Below, one piece after another: positions 40,491 to 50,110 of a stretch of DNA of 64,000 nt. Under the pieces are notes generated by a model. The model was not told the origin of the DNA. It did not search any database and worked only from the letters and a program-made list of their open reading frames with translations. Made by a program: the position numbers and the translations under genes. Position 1 is the first letter of the stretch. Every line of letters starts with the position of its first letter. The DNA comes from Bacteroidales bacterium (GTDB lineage: Bacteria; Bacteroidota; Bacteroidia; Bacteroidales; PUMT01): the NCBI GenBank assembly GCA_007132715.1, contig SLOE01000047.1, positions 24,741-88,740 of the forward strand, in the 5' to 3' direction.

Positions 40491-41078
40491 TCATTCGCCT
40501 TCTCCGGCAAAAGTGGCAGCGGCTATTTCAAGTTCACGGTAAAAACCCGACCCGAACCTGCGTAAAAGACCTTCTTTGCAAAAAACAAAAACCGGGACTC
40601 CAAGTATTTTACCATTGGCGATCGCAGGCTTACAAACCGGCCATCGGTCGTGGTTAACAGCGGTAAAACTCTCATACTCCTTAACCCTTAAAGGATATAG
40701 ATGGCATGATACGGGTTTGCGGAAGGGAACAGCACCCTCCGACCAGGCCTTCTCAATCGCACACCTGGCAATCCCGTTATCGAAAACAGCATAAACACAC
40801 TCTTTCCCGCCAAGAAGAGGCGTTACCTTCTCACCGTCACTCTCGTCAGTCACATAGGTCCCTTCAGATTCTATAGCAGCCGCTGATTCAGACCGCAAAT
40901 AGGGTTTAAGCACCGGGAAAATACCGTCAAGAAGGGGCAACTCCTCCTCCAGCAGGGGAGCTCCGGCATCTCCCTGCACACAACATGCTCCCCGGCATTT
41001 TTCAAGATCACATACAAATTTTTCTTCAAGCAATGAGAGTGCCAGTACCTTATCACCTATCTGCAGCATGCCGGTCAT
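40491..41078 (-). CDS. DUF3109 family Cys-rich protein
   Basis: 195 aa with [15 protein letters not shown] and further conserved Cys. Its start overlaps the gpmI stop by 4 nt (ATGA). Confidence 0.8.
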   Translation of the reverse strand: MTGMLQIGDKVLALSLLEEKFVCDLEKCRGACCVQGDAGAPLLEEELPLLDGIFPVLKPYLRSESAAAIESEGTYVTDESDGEKVTPLLGGKECVYAVFDNGIARCAIEKAWSEGAVPFRKPVSCHLYPLRVKEYESFTAVNHDRWPVCKPAIANGKILGVPVFVFCKEGLLRRFGSGFYRELEIAAATFAGEGE

Positions 41079-42598
41079 TTCACAAGAATCTTTCCGGTCA
41101 TCTCCCCGGATGCAGTCAAACCCATCATATACAGCAGGGTGGGAGCGACGTCTGCAAGTATCCCGTCTTCAACCGATTTGAACCTGTCAGATACAACAAT
41201 GCAGGGCACCGGGTTCAGAGAATGGGCCGTGTTGACCGATCCGTCATGGTTAAGAGCATAGTCGGCATTTCCGTGGTCGGCTATGATCATACATTCGTAG
41301 CCGTTATCAGCGGCAGCCTTTACCACACTGCCGACACAACGGTCTACTGTTTCGACCGCCTTGCGGATAGACTCATAGACGCCCGAATGACCGACCATAT
41401 CGCAGTTTGCAAAATTGAGACAGATAAAATCAAACTTCTTTTTGTTAAGCCCGTCAACAACAGCATCAGTAACCTCAGGGGCGCTCATCTCAGGTTTGAG
41501 ATCATAGGTGGCTACTTTTGGCGAAGGGATAAGTATTCTCTCCTCATTCTCAAACTCCTCTTCACGCCCGCCGGAGAAGAAGAAGGTAACGTGGCCGTAT
41601 TTTTCGGTTTCAGCTATCCGCAATTGCTTCAGACCAGCCGCCGAAACTATCTCACCCATGGTATTGGTAAGGTTTTCCTTGTCAAACATTATCTTCACAC
41701 CCTTGAAGGTATCATCATACCTGGTCATTGTAACATAGTGAAGTGGCATGGTCTTCATATTGTGATCGGGAAAGTCCTTCTGCGTAAGCGCCATTGTCAT
41801 TTCCCTGAGCCTGTCGGTGCGGAAATTAAAGCATATTACAACATCATCAGGCCTGATACTGCCTAAGGGATCGCCTGACTCATCTACCATAACTATCGGT
41901 TTGATGAACTCATCTGTTACGTTTTCGTCATAGGACTCCCTGATGGACCTCAGGATATCAGTCGATTCTTTACCTTTACCGTGAACAAGCAGGTCATAGG
42001 CCTCCCTGACCCTCTCCCATCTCTTGTCCCTGTCCATCGCATAATACCTGCCTACCAACGAGGCTATCCTGCCGTTTGATTTTCCCAGGTGATCCTGAAG
42101 GTTTTTCACGAACCCGCATCCGCTCTGCGGATCCGTATCGCGACCGTCGGTAAAGGCATGTATATAGACCTTGTCAAGCCCGTATTCACCGGTAATATCA
42201 CAAAGCTTGTACAGGTGCCTGTCGGATGAATGCACTCCCCCATCACTTACCAGTCCCAGAAAATGTACTGCCTTGTCATTATCCTTTGCATATGTCATAG
42301 CCTCTTTGAGCACCGGATTATCAGATATGCTGTTATCCTCAATTGCAAGGTTTATCTTGACCAGGTCCTGGTATACTTTCCTGCCTGCTCCGATATTGAG
42401 ATGCCCGACTTCTGAGTTACCCATCTGGCCTTCAGGCAGACCAACATTCTCGCCTGATGCATGCAGGCTTGAAAAAGGGTACTTTGCGGAAAGGCGGTCC
42501 ATTACAGGAGTGTCGGAGTTATATATCAGGTCAGATCGCGACTTGTCGCCGATACCCCATCCGTCAAGTATAATCAGTATTGTTCTTTTGTTTTCCAT
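41075..42598 (-). CDS. gpmI: 2,3-bisphosphoglycerate-independent phosphoglycerate mutase
   Basis: 507 aa with [26 protein letters not shown] and ADHGNAD. Confidence 0.97.
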   Translation of the reverse strand: MENKRTILIILDGWGIGDKSRSDLIYNSDTPVMDRLSAKYPFSSLHASGENVGLPEGQMGNSEVGHLNIGAGRKVYQDLVKINLAIEDNSISDNPVLKEAMTYAKDNDKAVHFLGLVSDGGVHSSDRHLYKLCDITGEYGLDKVYIHAFTDGRDTDPQSGCGFVKNLQDHLGKSNGRIASLVGRYYAMDRDKRWERVREAYDLLVHGKGKESTDILRSIRESYDENVTDEFIKPIVMVDESGDPLGSIRPDDVVICFNFRTDRLREMTMALTQKDFPDHNMKTMPLHYVTMTRYDDTFKGVKIMFDKENLTNTMGEIVSAAGLKQLRIAETEKYGHVTFFFSGGREEEFENEERILIPSPKVATYDLKPEMSAPEVTDAVVDGLNKKKFDFICLNFANCDMVGHSGVYESIRKAVETVDRCVGSVVKAAADNGYECMIIADHGNADYALNHDGSVNTAHSLNPVPCIVVSDRFKSVEDGILADVAPTLLYMMGLTASGEMTGKILVK

Positions 42599-42629
42599 AA
42601 TTTATTATTTGCTCTCGTTAAAAAATATC

Positions 42630-42640
42630 CTGCAAAATTA
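42630..42640 (-). promoter_or_regulatory. -7 box TAATTTTGcag for gpmI
   Basis: Minus-strand TAnnTTTGCAG about 32 nt upstream of ATG 42598. Confidence 0.5.
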
Positions 42641-42750
42641 TTCTTTTTAATTCAGGTAAAAAACCGCAGACAAAATAATTTTACGGCCCTGCGGCATGGG
42701 CCATGACAGCAATGCTCCGGCAACGAATGACCGGACTGACATAATATAGC

Positions 42751-42808
42751 AGTGATCCCGGGACGCGAACGGTCAGGCGCTGTTATCCCAATCTGATCAC
42801 TATTTTTT
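42751..42808 (+). terminator. Orphan terminator-like hairpin plus T6 (no annotated upstream gene on this strand)
   Basis: AGTGATC...GATCACT closes a 51-nt imperfect hairpin with inner GGGA/TCCC and GCG/CGC pairs, followed by aTTTTTT. See findings. Confidence 0.45.
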
Positions 42809-42836
42809 GATCGTTGAAAAGGTTTAATTACTTTTG
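42806..42836 (+). promoter_or_regulatory. Promoter of the DUF3267/TonB-receptor cluster (-33 TTTG, -7 TACTTTTG)
   Basis: TTTG at 42806-42809, a 19-nt spacer, then TACTTTTG at 42829-42836, 39 nt before ATG 42876. Confidence 0.45.
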
Positions 42837-42875
42837 ATCCCGTTTTCATTCAGACCTTAAAGGAACTGCAGATCA

Positions 42876-43547
42876 ATGCGTGTTATGCCGGAGAATAAAA
42901 AACCAGGAATTGAACAGCTCCAGGACGACAAAACCTATTGTCTTGTAAAATCGCTCAAACATGACGAAATTGTGGAATTTGTCACCGGAGAACTGAAAAA
43001 GCTCAGGTGGCCGATTGTCACGTTCTACATCTTCAATTCTGTCCTTCTGCTGCTTATAACTGCTGTTACGGCAGCCAATGTATTTTATGAGCTGATGCCC
43101 TGGCGGGTTCATCTTACGGGCCTGTTCGCCGGCACAGCAGCTGGCATACTGCTGGTCATCCCTTTTCATGAGGGGCTGCACGGACTGGCATACCGGATAG
43201 CAGGTGCAAGAAAGATCAGGTATGGAATGGATCTCCGGCAGATGCTGTTTTATGCCAGTGCACCGGGTTTTGTAGCCGGAAGGAATGATTTTATGGTTGT
43301 GGCATTTCTACCCTTTACTGTTATCAACCTCTTCTTTATTGCAATTATCATAACCGGCCAGCAGTTCATGCAATGGACATCCCTGGTGGCTCTGTTCATG
43401 CACAGCACCATGTGCATTGGTGATTTTGCAATGATAAATTTTATGGCACGGTTCTCCGGAAAAGATATTTACACCTATGATGATCCCGGGTCAGAAACAA
43501 GTTACTTTTATATCCGCAGCTGGGGTTTAAGTCAGTATTTTTATTAG
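42876..43547 (+). CDS. DUF3267 family membrane protein (putative zincin-like, HExxH)
   Basis: 223 aa with several TM segments and the HEGLHGLAY motif. Confidence 0.75.
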   Translation: MRVMPENKKPGIEQLQDDKTYCLVKSLKHDEIVEFVTGELKKLRWPIVTFYIFNSVLLLLITAVTAANVFYELMPWRVHLTGLFAGTAAGILLVIPFHEGLHGLAYRIAGARKIRYGMDLRQMLFYASAPGFVAGRNDFMVVAFLPFTVINLFFIAIIITGQQFMQWTSLVALFMHSTMCIGDFAMINFMARFSGKDIYTYDDPGSETSYFYIRSWGLSQYFY

Positions 43548-43587
43548 ATTTGCAAATCCCGCCCTGGTTAACTTAGCACTGAAGTTA

Positions 43588-46281
43588 ATGAGAGTCCCCT
43601 TTAATCTGGCGACCCTGTTGCTGCTGTTAGTTCCATTATTCGCAGAACAGGGTGCCGGACAGACCCTGAGGCAGGAACCTCTCCGGCTGGATGAGTTAAT
43701 AATCCTGCTTGAAAAAAAACACTCAACCAGGATATTTTACAGGCAGGAATGGCTGCAGGAAAGTGCAGCCGGACCAGAAATCCTTGACATGCCGCTCGAG
43801 AGAGCAATATCACTTCTTTCCCGGAGCAACAACCTCTCAGTTTACCGGATTGACAACTACTATGTTCTTGCACCAGGCAGTGACCCGGCATCGCGTTACA
43901 GCACCCCCGATGAAACCACCGTGGCGATTGGTGATCCTCTCGAATACGGGCGCTATCCAATTGTAACCCTGTCTGGTACCATATCTGACGGACAGACCGG
44001 CGAATCTCTTGCCGGAGCTGTCATATACAGTCAAAGAACAGGAACGGGAGTGCCGGCAGGACCGGACGGACACTTCTCCCTGAACCTCCCTCCCGGTGAA
44101 CACCGGGTCAGTATCAGCTTTGTAGGTTATGAGACATCCGGTCGCAGGATCTACCTTTACAGTCCGGGAGAATTTGATTTCGAATTATTTGAGGAGACCT
44201 TGCAACTTGATGAGGTTACAATAATGGCACAGAGGGCAGAGGCAAATATCACACGCACCAGGATGAGCATGATAAGCCTGGACTCAAGAATGCTGAGGGA
44301 GCTGCCGGGAAGCATGGGAGAGCAGGACATTATCAGGAGTATGAGCCTGCTGCCCGGTATATCAACCGTAGGTGAATTCGGCACCGGGTTTCATGTACGC
44401 GGGGGAAGTGCCGACCAGAACCTGGTACTGCTGGAAGAGGTTCCCCTGTTCAATTCCTCCCATCTCTTCGGACTTACATCGGTAGTGAACCCCGATATGG
44501 TAACCGGTGTGACAATGACCAAGGCAGGTATCCCTGCCAGGTACGGAGAAAGGGCTGCATCAGTCATGGATATAAGGATCAGGCCGGAAGAGGTTACCAG
44601 CACCAGCCTTACCGGTGGAATCGGACTGCTGAACAGCAGGGCCCATCTTAAAACCCCCGTATTCTCTGAAAAGATCATCTTTTCTGCAGGAGCACGCACC
44701 TCCTGGTCAGACTGGCTCCTGGGCAGAATACCCGACGAGGACCTCATGAACAGTTCAGCAGGGTTTTACGATCTTACCGGCACACTGACCTTTTCAATCA
44801 ATCCGAAGAATACAATCACAATTTTCGGGTACAACAGCGCCGACCGTTTCGCATTCGCAGGTAACAGTGATCATGCCTACGGCAATACACTCGGGTCGGT
44901 AAGGCTTAACTCGATTGCCGGGGAGAAATTTTCCTTCAGCATCAATGCAGGTTTCAGCAACTACAACTACGAGGTTATTGAAAGCGATGAGCTGAGGCCA
45001 TCGGCGGCTTACCGCCTGAATTCGGCTATCAATTACCGGAGTCTTAAAAGCAATTTCATGTACTTTCCCGATCCCGACCACAACATAGAATTCGGTTTCA
45101 ATGCAATCCATTATGATACCGATCCCGGCAACCTCACCCCGTACGGTCCCGGGTCGGATATCATACCCGTGGCAATTGATAGCGGGCAGGCTGTCGAACT
45201 GGCAGCTTACGTGAGCGATAATTTCGCACTTACACCATCAGTCAGCATTGAAGCCGGTCTGAGGTACTCCCGTTACTTCAGGCTGGGTGAGGCAACAGTC
45301 TACATTTATGAACAGGGGATGCCCCGGAGTGCAGCTTCAATAACCGACACATTGCATTTTGGCGCCAACGAGATCGTAAAAAGTTACGGCGGCCCTGAAC
45401 CGAGGCTGGGTATCCGATATATTCTTGACGGGGAAAGCTCGGTTAAGGCAAGCTACAACAGAATTCACCAGTATATAAACCTGATTTCGAATACATCGGT
45501 AATTATACCCTCCGATACCTGGAGTTTAAGTGACACACATCTCAAACCCCTTAAAAGCGACCATTATGCGGTAGGATACTTCAGGAATTTCAGCAACAAC
45601 AGTGTTGAGACCTCCGTCGAGCTGTACTATAAAAGGCTTTACAATGTAACTGAGTACAAAGAAGGTGCGCAGATCATACTGAACGAAAGACCCGAGGCCG
45701 ACCTGATAAATGCAAAAGGGCACAATTACGGTATCGAAGTCTATGCAAGAAAGAACAGCGGGAGACTGACAGGATGGGCCAGTTACACACTTTCAGCCTC
45801 GATCAGAAGGTCGGGTGAAGAGCACCCTGAAAACAAAATAAACCGCAACGAGTATTTTCCTTCAAACTATGACAAGCCACACGACTTCTCTGCAAATCTT
45901 AATTACAATATAACCAGGAGGTGGATCCTGGGCGGCACCTTTGCCTACAGCTCGGGAAGGCCGGTCACCCTGCCCGAGCTATATTTCTATCATGGAAACA
46001 CCATGCTGGTGCGCTATTCAGACCGCAACGCCTACAGGCTGCCGGACTACCACAGGCTTGACCTGTCGCTGACCCTGCTGGAGAACCTGAGGACCGACAG
46101 GCGGGGCAAGGGACACTGGACATTTTCTGTTATCAACGTTTACGGCAGGAAGAATGCCTATTCGGTCTTTTATGAAAAAAATGACAGGACTGCAGGAACA
46201 AGGTCAAGCCTGTTCAGCCTGTACAAGCTTTATATAATCGGGCGGCCGCTGCCAACCCTCACCTATAATTTCACCTTCTGA
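43588..46281 (+). CDS. TonB-dependent receptor with STN-like N-terminal extension, CarboxypepD_reg-like domain and Plug
   Basis: 897 aa with a signal peptide. The STN-like segment is LDELIILLEKKHSTRIFYRQEW...LERAISLL and the CarboxypepD_reg-like segment is LSGTISDGQTGESLAGAVIY. The Plug reads FHVRGGSADQNLVLLEEVPLFN, and the protein ends in the terminal YNFTF. Confidence 0.9.
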   Translation: MRVPFNLATLLLLLVPLFAEQGAGQTLRQEPLRLDELIILLEKKHSTRIFYRQEWLQESAAGPEILDMPLERAISLLSRSNNLSVYRIDNYYVLAPGSDPASRYSTPDETTVAIGDPLEYGRYPIVTLSGTISDGQTGESLAGAVIYSQRTGTGVPAGPDGHFSLNLPPGEHRVSISFVGYETSGRRIYLYSPGEFDFELFEETLQLDEVTIMAQRAEANITRTRMSMISLDSRMLRELPGSMGEQDIIRSMSLLPGISTVGEFGTGFHVRGGSADQNLVLLEEVPLFNSSHLFGLTSVVNPDMVTGVTMTKAGIPARYGERAASVMDIRIRPEEVTSTSLTGGIGLLNSRAHLKTPVFSEKIIFSAGARTSWSDWLLGRIPDEDLMNSSAGFYDLTGTLTFSINPKNTITIFGYNSADRFAFAGNSDHAYGNTLGSVRLNSIAGEKFSFSINAGFSNYNYEVIESDELRPSAAYRLNSAINYRSLKSNFMYFPDPDHNIEFGFNAIHYDTDPGNLTPYGPGSDIIPVAIDSGQAVELAAYVSDNFALTPSVSIEAGLRYSRYFRLGEATVYIYEQGMPRSAASITDTLHFGANEIVKSYGGPEPRLGIRYILDGESSVKASYNRIHQYINLISNTSVIIPSDTWSLSDTHLKPLKSDHYAVGYFRNFSNNSVETSVELYYKRLYNVTEYKEGAQIILNERPEADLINAKGHNYGIEVYARKNSGRLTGWASYTLSASIRRSGEEHPENKINRNEYFPSNYDKPHDFSANLNYNITRRWILGGTFAYSSGRPVTLPELYFYHGNTMLVRYSDRNAYRLPDYHRLDLSLTLLENLRTDRRGKGHWTFSVINVYGRKNAYSVFYEKNDRTAGTRSSLFSLYKLYIIGRPLPTLTYNFTF

Positions 46282-47387
46282 TGAAGAGACATATTATATA
46301 TATAACCTCAATTGCCGTTATACTCCTGCAGTCGGTCCTGCCGTCCTGCCGCGAGATATACAGGCATGAGCCAAACATCGCTGAAGATGTGATAGTTGTG
46401 GACGGGCTTTTGTCAGACCGTCCCGGTCCACATCTCATCAGGCTAACCGGCATTCAGATGATCGAGACAAGTGATCCGGACAACCCTCATTCGCCAGTAA
46501 ACGAAGGCATCCCTGATTATATCAGGGGAGCTTCTGTGATCGTTGCTGATGATGCCGGCAATCAGTTCATATTTAACGAAGAGTCGCCGGGGCATTACTA
46601 TTCAGACAGCACGCTGAGGGCCGTTGAAGGGAGGAGTTACAGCCTTCATATAATCACTTCCAATGGTCATGTGTACCTCTCTTCTCCCCAGCAACTACCG
46701 GGACCTGTTAACCTGGATACCCTGATCGCAATGAATACATACAGGGAAAGGCTTATGCTGTCAACCCAGGGGACATATTTCAACGAAAGGGTCCACGGTC
46801 TCGAAATAGTCGCCAACATCCGTGGCAGCGGCAAAAACAGGCCGCTGTTCAGGCTTGTTCCCCAGTACCTTCTGCTATATACCCAGACCTTTGCCAATCA
46901 TCAGAATTTTCACTGGAAAAAGCTGTACATGCCCGACAACATTAACATTAACATGGAGGCCTACGAAAAGGTGTCTGCCACGGTAAGGAACCATGAAGTT
47001 ACCTTCATGTCGTTAAGGGAACAGGATCTTTATATCGACAGGGAAGATGATTTTAACCCGCACAGGAGAATACTGCTTCTGAGCCTTTTTTCCCTAAATG
47101 AAGAATCCTGGAATTTTTACAGTTCGGCGCACGAACAGATCCATTCGGAGGGCAGGCTTTTTGACCCGATGGCAAAGCAGCTTCCTTCCAATATATATTG
47201 CGATTCTGATCCCGGAAGGCTGGCCCTGGGTCTATTTGAAGTATCCCGGGTCACAAAGAGGACCTTCGTGGTTGTCGAAACACCATGGGAGGATTTCTAC
47301 CCTTTGAAGGAGACAGAGGATCTGCATCATATACCCGATTTCGGGAAGACTTTCATTGACCCTCCCGGTTTCTGGGTTGACCGATAA
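46281..47387 (+). CDS. DUF4249 family lipoprotein
   Basis: 368 aa with the lipobox LPSC and VIVVDGLLSDRPGPHLIRLT typical of DUF4249. Its ATG overlaps the receptor's TGA (TGATG). Confidence 0.75.
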   Translation: MKRHIIYITSIAVILLQSVLPSCREIYRHEPNIAEDVIVVDGLLSDRPGPHLIRLTGIQMIETSDPDNPHSPVNEGIPDYIRGASVIVADDAGNQFIFNEESPGHYYSDSTLRAVEGRSYSLHIITSNGHVYLSSPQQLPGPVNLDTLIAMNTYRERLMLSTQGTYFNERVHGLEIVANIRGSGKNRPLFRLVPQYLLLYTQTFANHQNFHWKKLYMPDNININMEAYEKVSATVRNHEVTFMSLREQDLYIDREDDFNPHRRILLLSLFSLNEESWNFYSSAHEQIHSEGRLFDPMAKQLPSNIYCDSDPGRLALGLFEVSRVTKRTFVVVETPWEDFYPLKETEDLHHIPDFGKTFIDPPGFWVDR

Positions 47388-47398
47388 ACCTTGCAAAA

Positions 47399-49174
47399 AT
47401 GGTGATAAAAACGATTTTCTGTATTCTCTTTTTACCCTTTGTAATACTTGCCGAAGGAAGAGCAGATGCACCTCCATCTCCGCTGATCTCTCCGTGCGGC
47501 AGCGAAAATTCGAAGGAGATCCCTTCACACATTCCTGTCCCGGTTTTGTATACTGACAGGGACATATACATTGCCGGTGAATACCTGTACTTTTCAGCAA
47601 AACTTCCGGGTCCCGTAACGCCGGGCGAGACCGGCAGGCTGGCCTTTATAACACTCAGGTGCTCCGGAGGCAATACCGTTAAAAAAGGCATAGCAGCGAT
47701 AGACAGGGGATATGCCTGGGGAGGGATCTACCTGGATGACACCCTGTCAACCGGCATCTACCGGATTTCCTGTTTTGAAGGCACGGCATCAGCCGGAGTC
47801 AGCCCCATACCGGCAGGAAAAGAGGTGATGGTTGCAAACCGCTTTGACAGTGACCTGGATGAGTTCATAAAACCCTTCGGTTATTTACAGGGGAATGAAA
47901 GAAGAAGTCACGATACTGAATATACCTCTGAAGAACCCAATATAAGGATCAGCAGCGACAGAAAACGTTACGGAACAAGGGAGCCGGTAATAATCAGCCT
48001 TGAGACGGAGTCTCACATTGAGTACCCGGTATGGGCAGCCCTGAGTGCAGCGAGAGAGGAAACCCTCCTTTGGTGCCTCGATGGTATTTTTGCAGGTGAA
48101 CCTGACAGACCGGAATGGAGAGAAAACAGCTCTACCCGCCACCAGCAAAACACAATACGGGGGGGGCTGCAAATAAGTGGCGTGGCAAGGTCGAATGAAA
48201 CCGGAGCCCCAATGCCCGGTTTAGGACTGTTTCTAACTATGGCAGGAGAGGTGATCAACCTCTACCACACAACAACATGTTCGAACGGAACATTCAGCTT
48301 TCTGCTGAATGACTACCATGAGACAAACCAGGTGCATATAAGCCCCCAAAACCCTGAAATGTCAGGCATAAGCTCCATTACACTGAATGATATGTTTGAT
48401 GCCGTCCCTCTTTACATCCCCGGAAGGGATATCGGAACTCCTCCGTCAACGGAAACAATAAAAAAGAGCCAGGATATCGCGACGATCAACAAACTGTTCG
48501 GCATATCATTCCACCATGAAAAGCCCGGCCCGGATCCATGGCAGTTTCGCAGGCCTCTGCTGTACTCAAGGCCGGCCAACAGGGTGTTCCCTGAGAACTT
48601 CATTCCGCTTGACAATCTGATGGAGATCGCCCGGGAGCTGGTGCCCCAGTGGCAGATACGCGAGAGAGGGGGCAGACTTGTGTCACGACTGGTAAATTCC
48701 CGGACCGGAACCTATTTTGACGATGCCCCGGCCATATTTCTGGATGGGGTTCACATCATGAGGCCCGAGGAAATTGTCCACCTTGGGTCGGAAGATATAG
48801 GGGTCATCGAGGTGCACAACTATCCCTGGAGATACGGAGATGCAGAATTTTCGGGGATCATCTCCATAAAAAGCACCAATGAGGCATACCGTGATGTCAC
48901 TGCCTCAGGCCCCTATGTAATTGCAGATATTCCTGAAGTGATACCCCGGTCAACTCTCATGCCCCCGGCCTATGAGGAAGACCGTAAAATGAATGATCCT
49001 GATTTCAGGCAAACGCTCTACTGGAAACCTGAAATCATATTCAGATCCAGGGAGGAAAAAAAGGAGATAAGATTTTACTCAGGAGATCTTGCCGGAACCT
49101 ATATAGTTAAAGTTGAAGGAGTTACCAGTTCCGGAAATTCTTTTAGCGAATATTTAAGAATAGTTGTAGAATAA
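47399..49174 (+). CDS. Secreted hypothetical protein with MG2-like, CarboxypepD_reg-like and Plug-like segments
   Basis: 591 aa with a signal peptide. YTDRDIYIAGEYLYF resembles the alpha-2-macroglobulin MG2 start, and PAIFLDGVHIMRPEEIVHLGSEDIGVIEV resembles a Plug segment. It lies 11 nt after DUF4249. Confidence 0.6.
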   Translation: MVIKTIFCILFLPFVILAEGRADAPPSPLISPCGSENSKEIPSHIPVPVLYTDRDIYIAGEYLYFSAKLPGPVTPGETGRLAFITLRCSGGNTVKKGIAAIDRGYAWGGIYLDDTLSTGIYRISCFEGTASAGVSPIPAGKEVMVANRFDSDLDEFIKPFGYLQGNERRSHDTEYTSEEPNIRISSDRKRYGTREPVIISLETESHIEYPVWAALSAAREETLLWCLDGIFAGEPDRPEWRENSSTRHQQNTIRGGLQISGVARSNETGAPMPGLGLFLTMAGEVINLYHTTTCSNGTFSFLLNDYHETNQVHISPQNPEMSGISSITLNDMFDAVPLYIPGRDIGTPPSTETIKKSQDIATINKLFGISFHHEKPGPDPWQFRRPLLYSRPANRVFPENFIPLDNLMEIARELVPQWQIRERGGRLVSRLVNSRTGTYFDDAPAIFLDGVHIMRPEEIVHLGSEDIGVIEVHNYPWRYGDAEFSGIISIKSTNEAYRDVTASGPYVIADIPEVIPRSTLMPPAYEEDRKMNDPDFRQTLYWKPEIIFRSREEKKEIRFYSGDLAGTYIVKVEGVTSSGNSFSEYLRIVVE

Positions 49175-49186
49175 ATTGTTTCACTG

Positions 49187-49885
49187 ATGTCATACATTAA
49201 AATAACAGCCCCGGTAATCGCACTTTTGTTTTTTGCCGTATTGGTATCGGGCCAGGATCCCGCTGTGCCTCTCCCGGGAGAGATAATGCGTCCCGGGGGA
49301 ATGTTCAGGGGAAACCCGTATTTAATTGATGAGTGGCTGGATGGTGAATTAATACTCAGCAACGGCAGCATTGTTAGCAACATAAAACTGAAGTACGACG
49401 GTTACCGGGATGATGTTCTCTGGCTCCATGAAAGAAACATGCAGCACATAATACTTGACCGCAGCCAGCTGATAAAATTCACACTTACCATTCCCGGGAC
49501 CGGGGAAAAACTGCAATTCAGGAAGATTGAACGGGCAGCACTTGGATTGCCGGGCATGGGAGACCTGTTCGTTGAGGAGCTGTTCAGCGATACTGTTTGC
49601 CTCTATGCCCACAGGAGAATAGTTAAGATCAGGGACGTCTACGAGAGAAGGGGGCGCTCAAGATATATCTTCGCCGAAATTGAGCCAGATCCTGTTTATT
49701 ACTTTTTGCTTCCGGGAAACACTGCGATAAGGCTTGACAAGATAAACAGGAGATCTCTTTACAGGGCATTTCCGGAAAAGAGAAATGAACTTCGGCAACT
49801 TCTGCGCAGGAGCCGGAGGATATGGAATGACGAACAGGCACTGGTAGAAACAGCCATCTACCTCAACAATTTATTGGGGAAGTGA
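49187..49885 (+). CDS. Secreted hypothetical protein
   Basis: 232 aa with a signal peptide (ALLFFAVLVSGQ) and no recognisable family. It lies 12 nt after the previous gene. Confidence 0.6.
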   Translation: MSYIKITAPVIALLFFAVLVSGQDPAVPLPGEIMRPGGMFRGNPYLIDEWLDGELILSNGSIVSNIKLKYDGYRDDVLWLHERNMQHIILDRSQLIKFTLTIPGTGEKLQFRKIERAALGLPGMGDLFVEELFSDTVCLYAHRRIVKIRDVYERRGRSRYIFAEIEPDPVYYFLLPGNTAIRLDKINRRSLYRAFPEKRNELRQLLRRSRRIWNDEQALVETAIYLNNLLGK

Positions 49886-49889
49886 ACAA

Positions 49890-49909
49890 AGGCAGCCTTC
49901 GGGCTGCCT
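49890..49909 (+). terminator. Hairpin after the cluster's last gene
   Basis: aGGCAGCC-ttcg-GGCTGCCt lies 5 nt after the stop, followed only by a weak T tract (tcTT). Confidence 0.45.
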
Positions 49910-49916
49910 CTTGAAG

Positions 49917-49989
<73 letters not shown>

Positions 49990-49998
49990 TTTTGGGGA

Positions 49999-50009
49999 CT
50001 GCAAATATA
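49999..50009 (-). promoter_or_regulatory. -7 box TATATTTGcag for tRNA-Phe
   Basis: The minus-strand TATATTTG octamer (50002-50009) ends 12 nt upstream of the tRNA 5' end. Confidence 0.5.
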
Positions 50010-50110
50010 TTAAAAAAATCATTTTGTAAAATAATTTTACAATCGAACCCCCATTATTTAGACGCGGTAAAAATTATTCGGTCACTATAACCAGGTCAGG
50101 ATCCGCACCC

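Noticed and set aside
40985-41866. 293-aa plus-strand ORF
   Set aside because: It is antisense to gpmI and DUF3109, and gpmI is unambiguous.
42650-42810. Cobalamin or TPP riboswitch upstream of the TonB-dependent receptor cluster
   Set aside because: There is only loose resemblance (GGTAAAAAACC, GTCAGG, ATCTGATCA). The B12-box core, the GGGAA elements and the TPP CUGAGA/ACCUGAUCUGG signatures are absent. The element also lies upstream of, not within, the predicted cluster leader.
42652-42849. 65-aa minus-strand ORF in the gpmI/DUF3267 intergenic region
   Set aside because: It lies upstream of the gpmI promoter with no promoter of its own. Its composition is Arg/Cys/Pro-rich junk, and the region is better explained as a structured non-coding element.
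50045-50053. 9-nt match (AATCGAACC) to the tRNA-Phe T-arm about 55 nt beyond the tRNA 5' end, considered as an att-type repeat
   Set aside because: A 9-mer match is expected by chance at about this frequency in 128 kb. It is on the 5' side of the tRNA and only about 120 nt from the original, so it is not a plausible island boundary.
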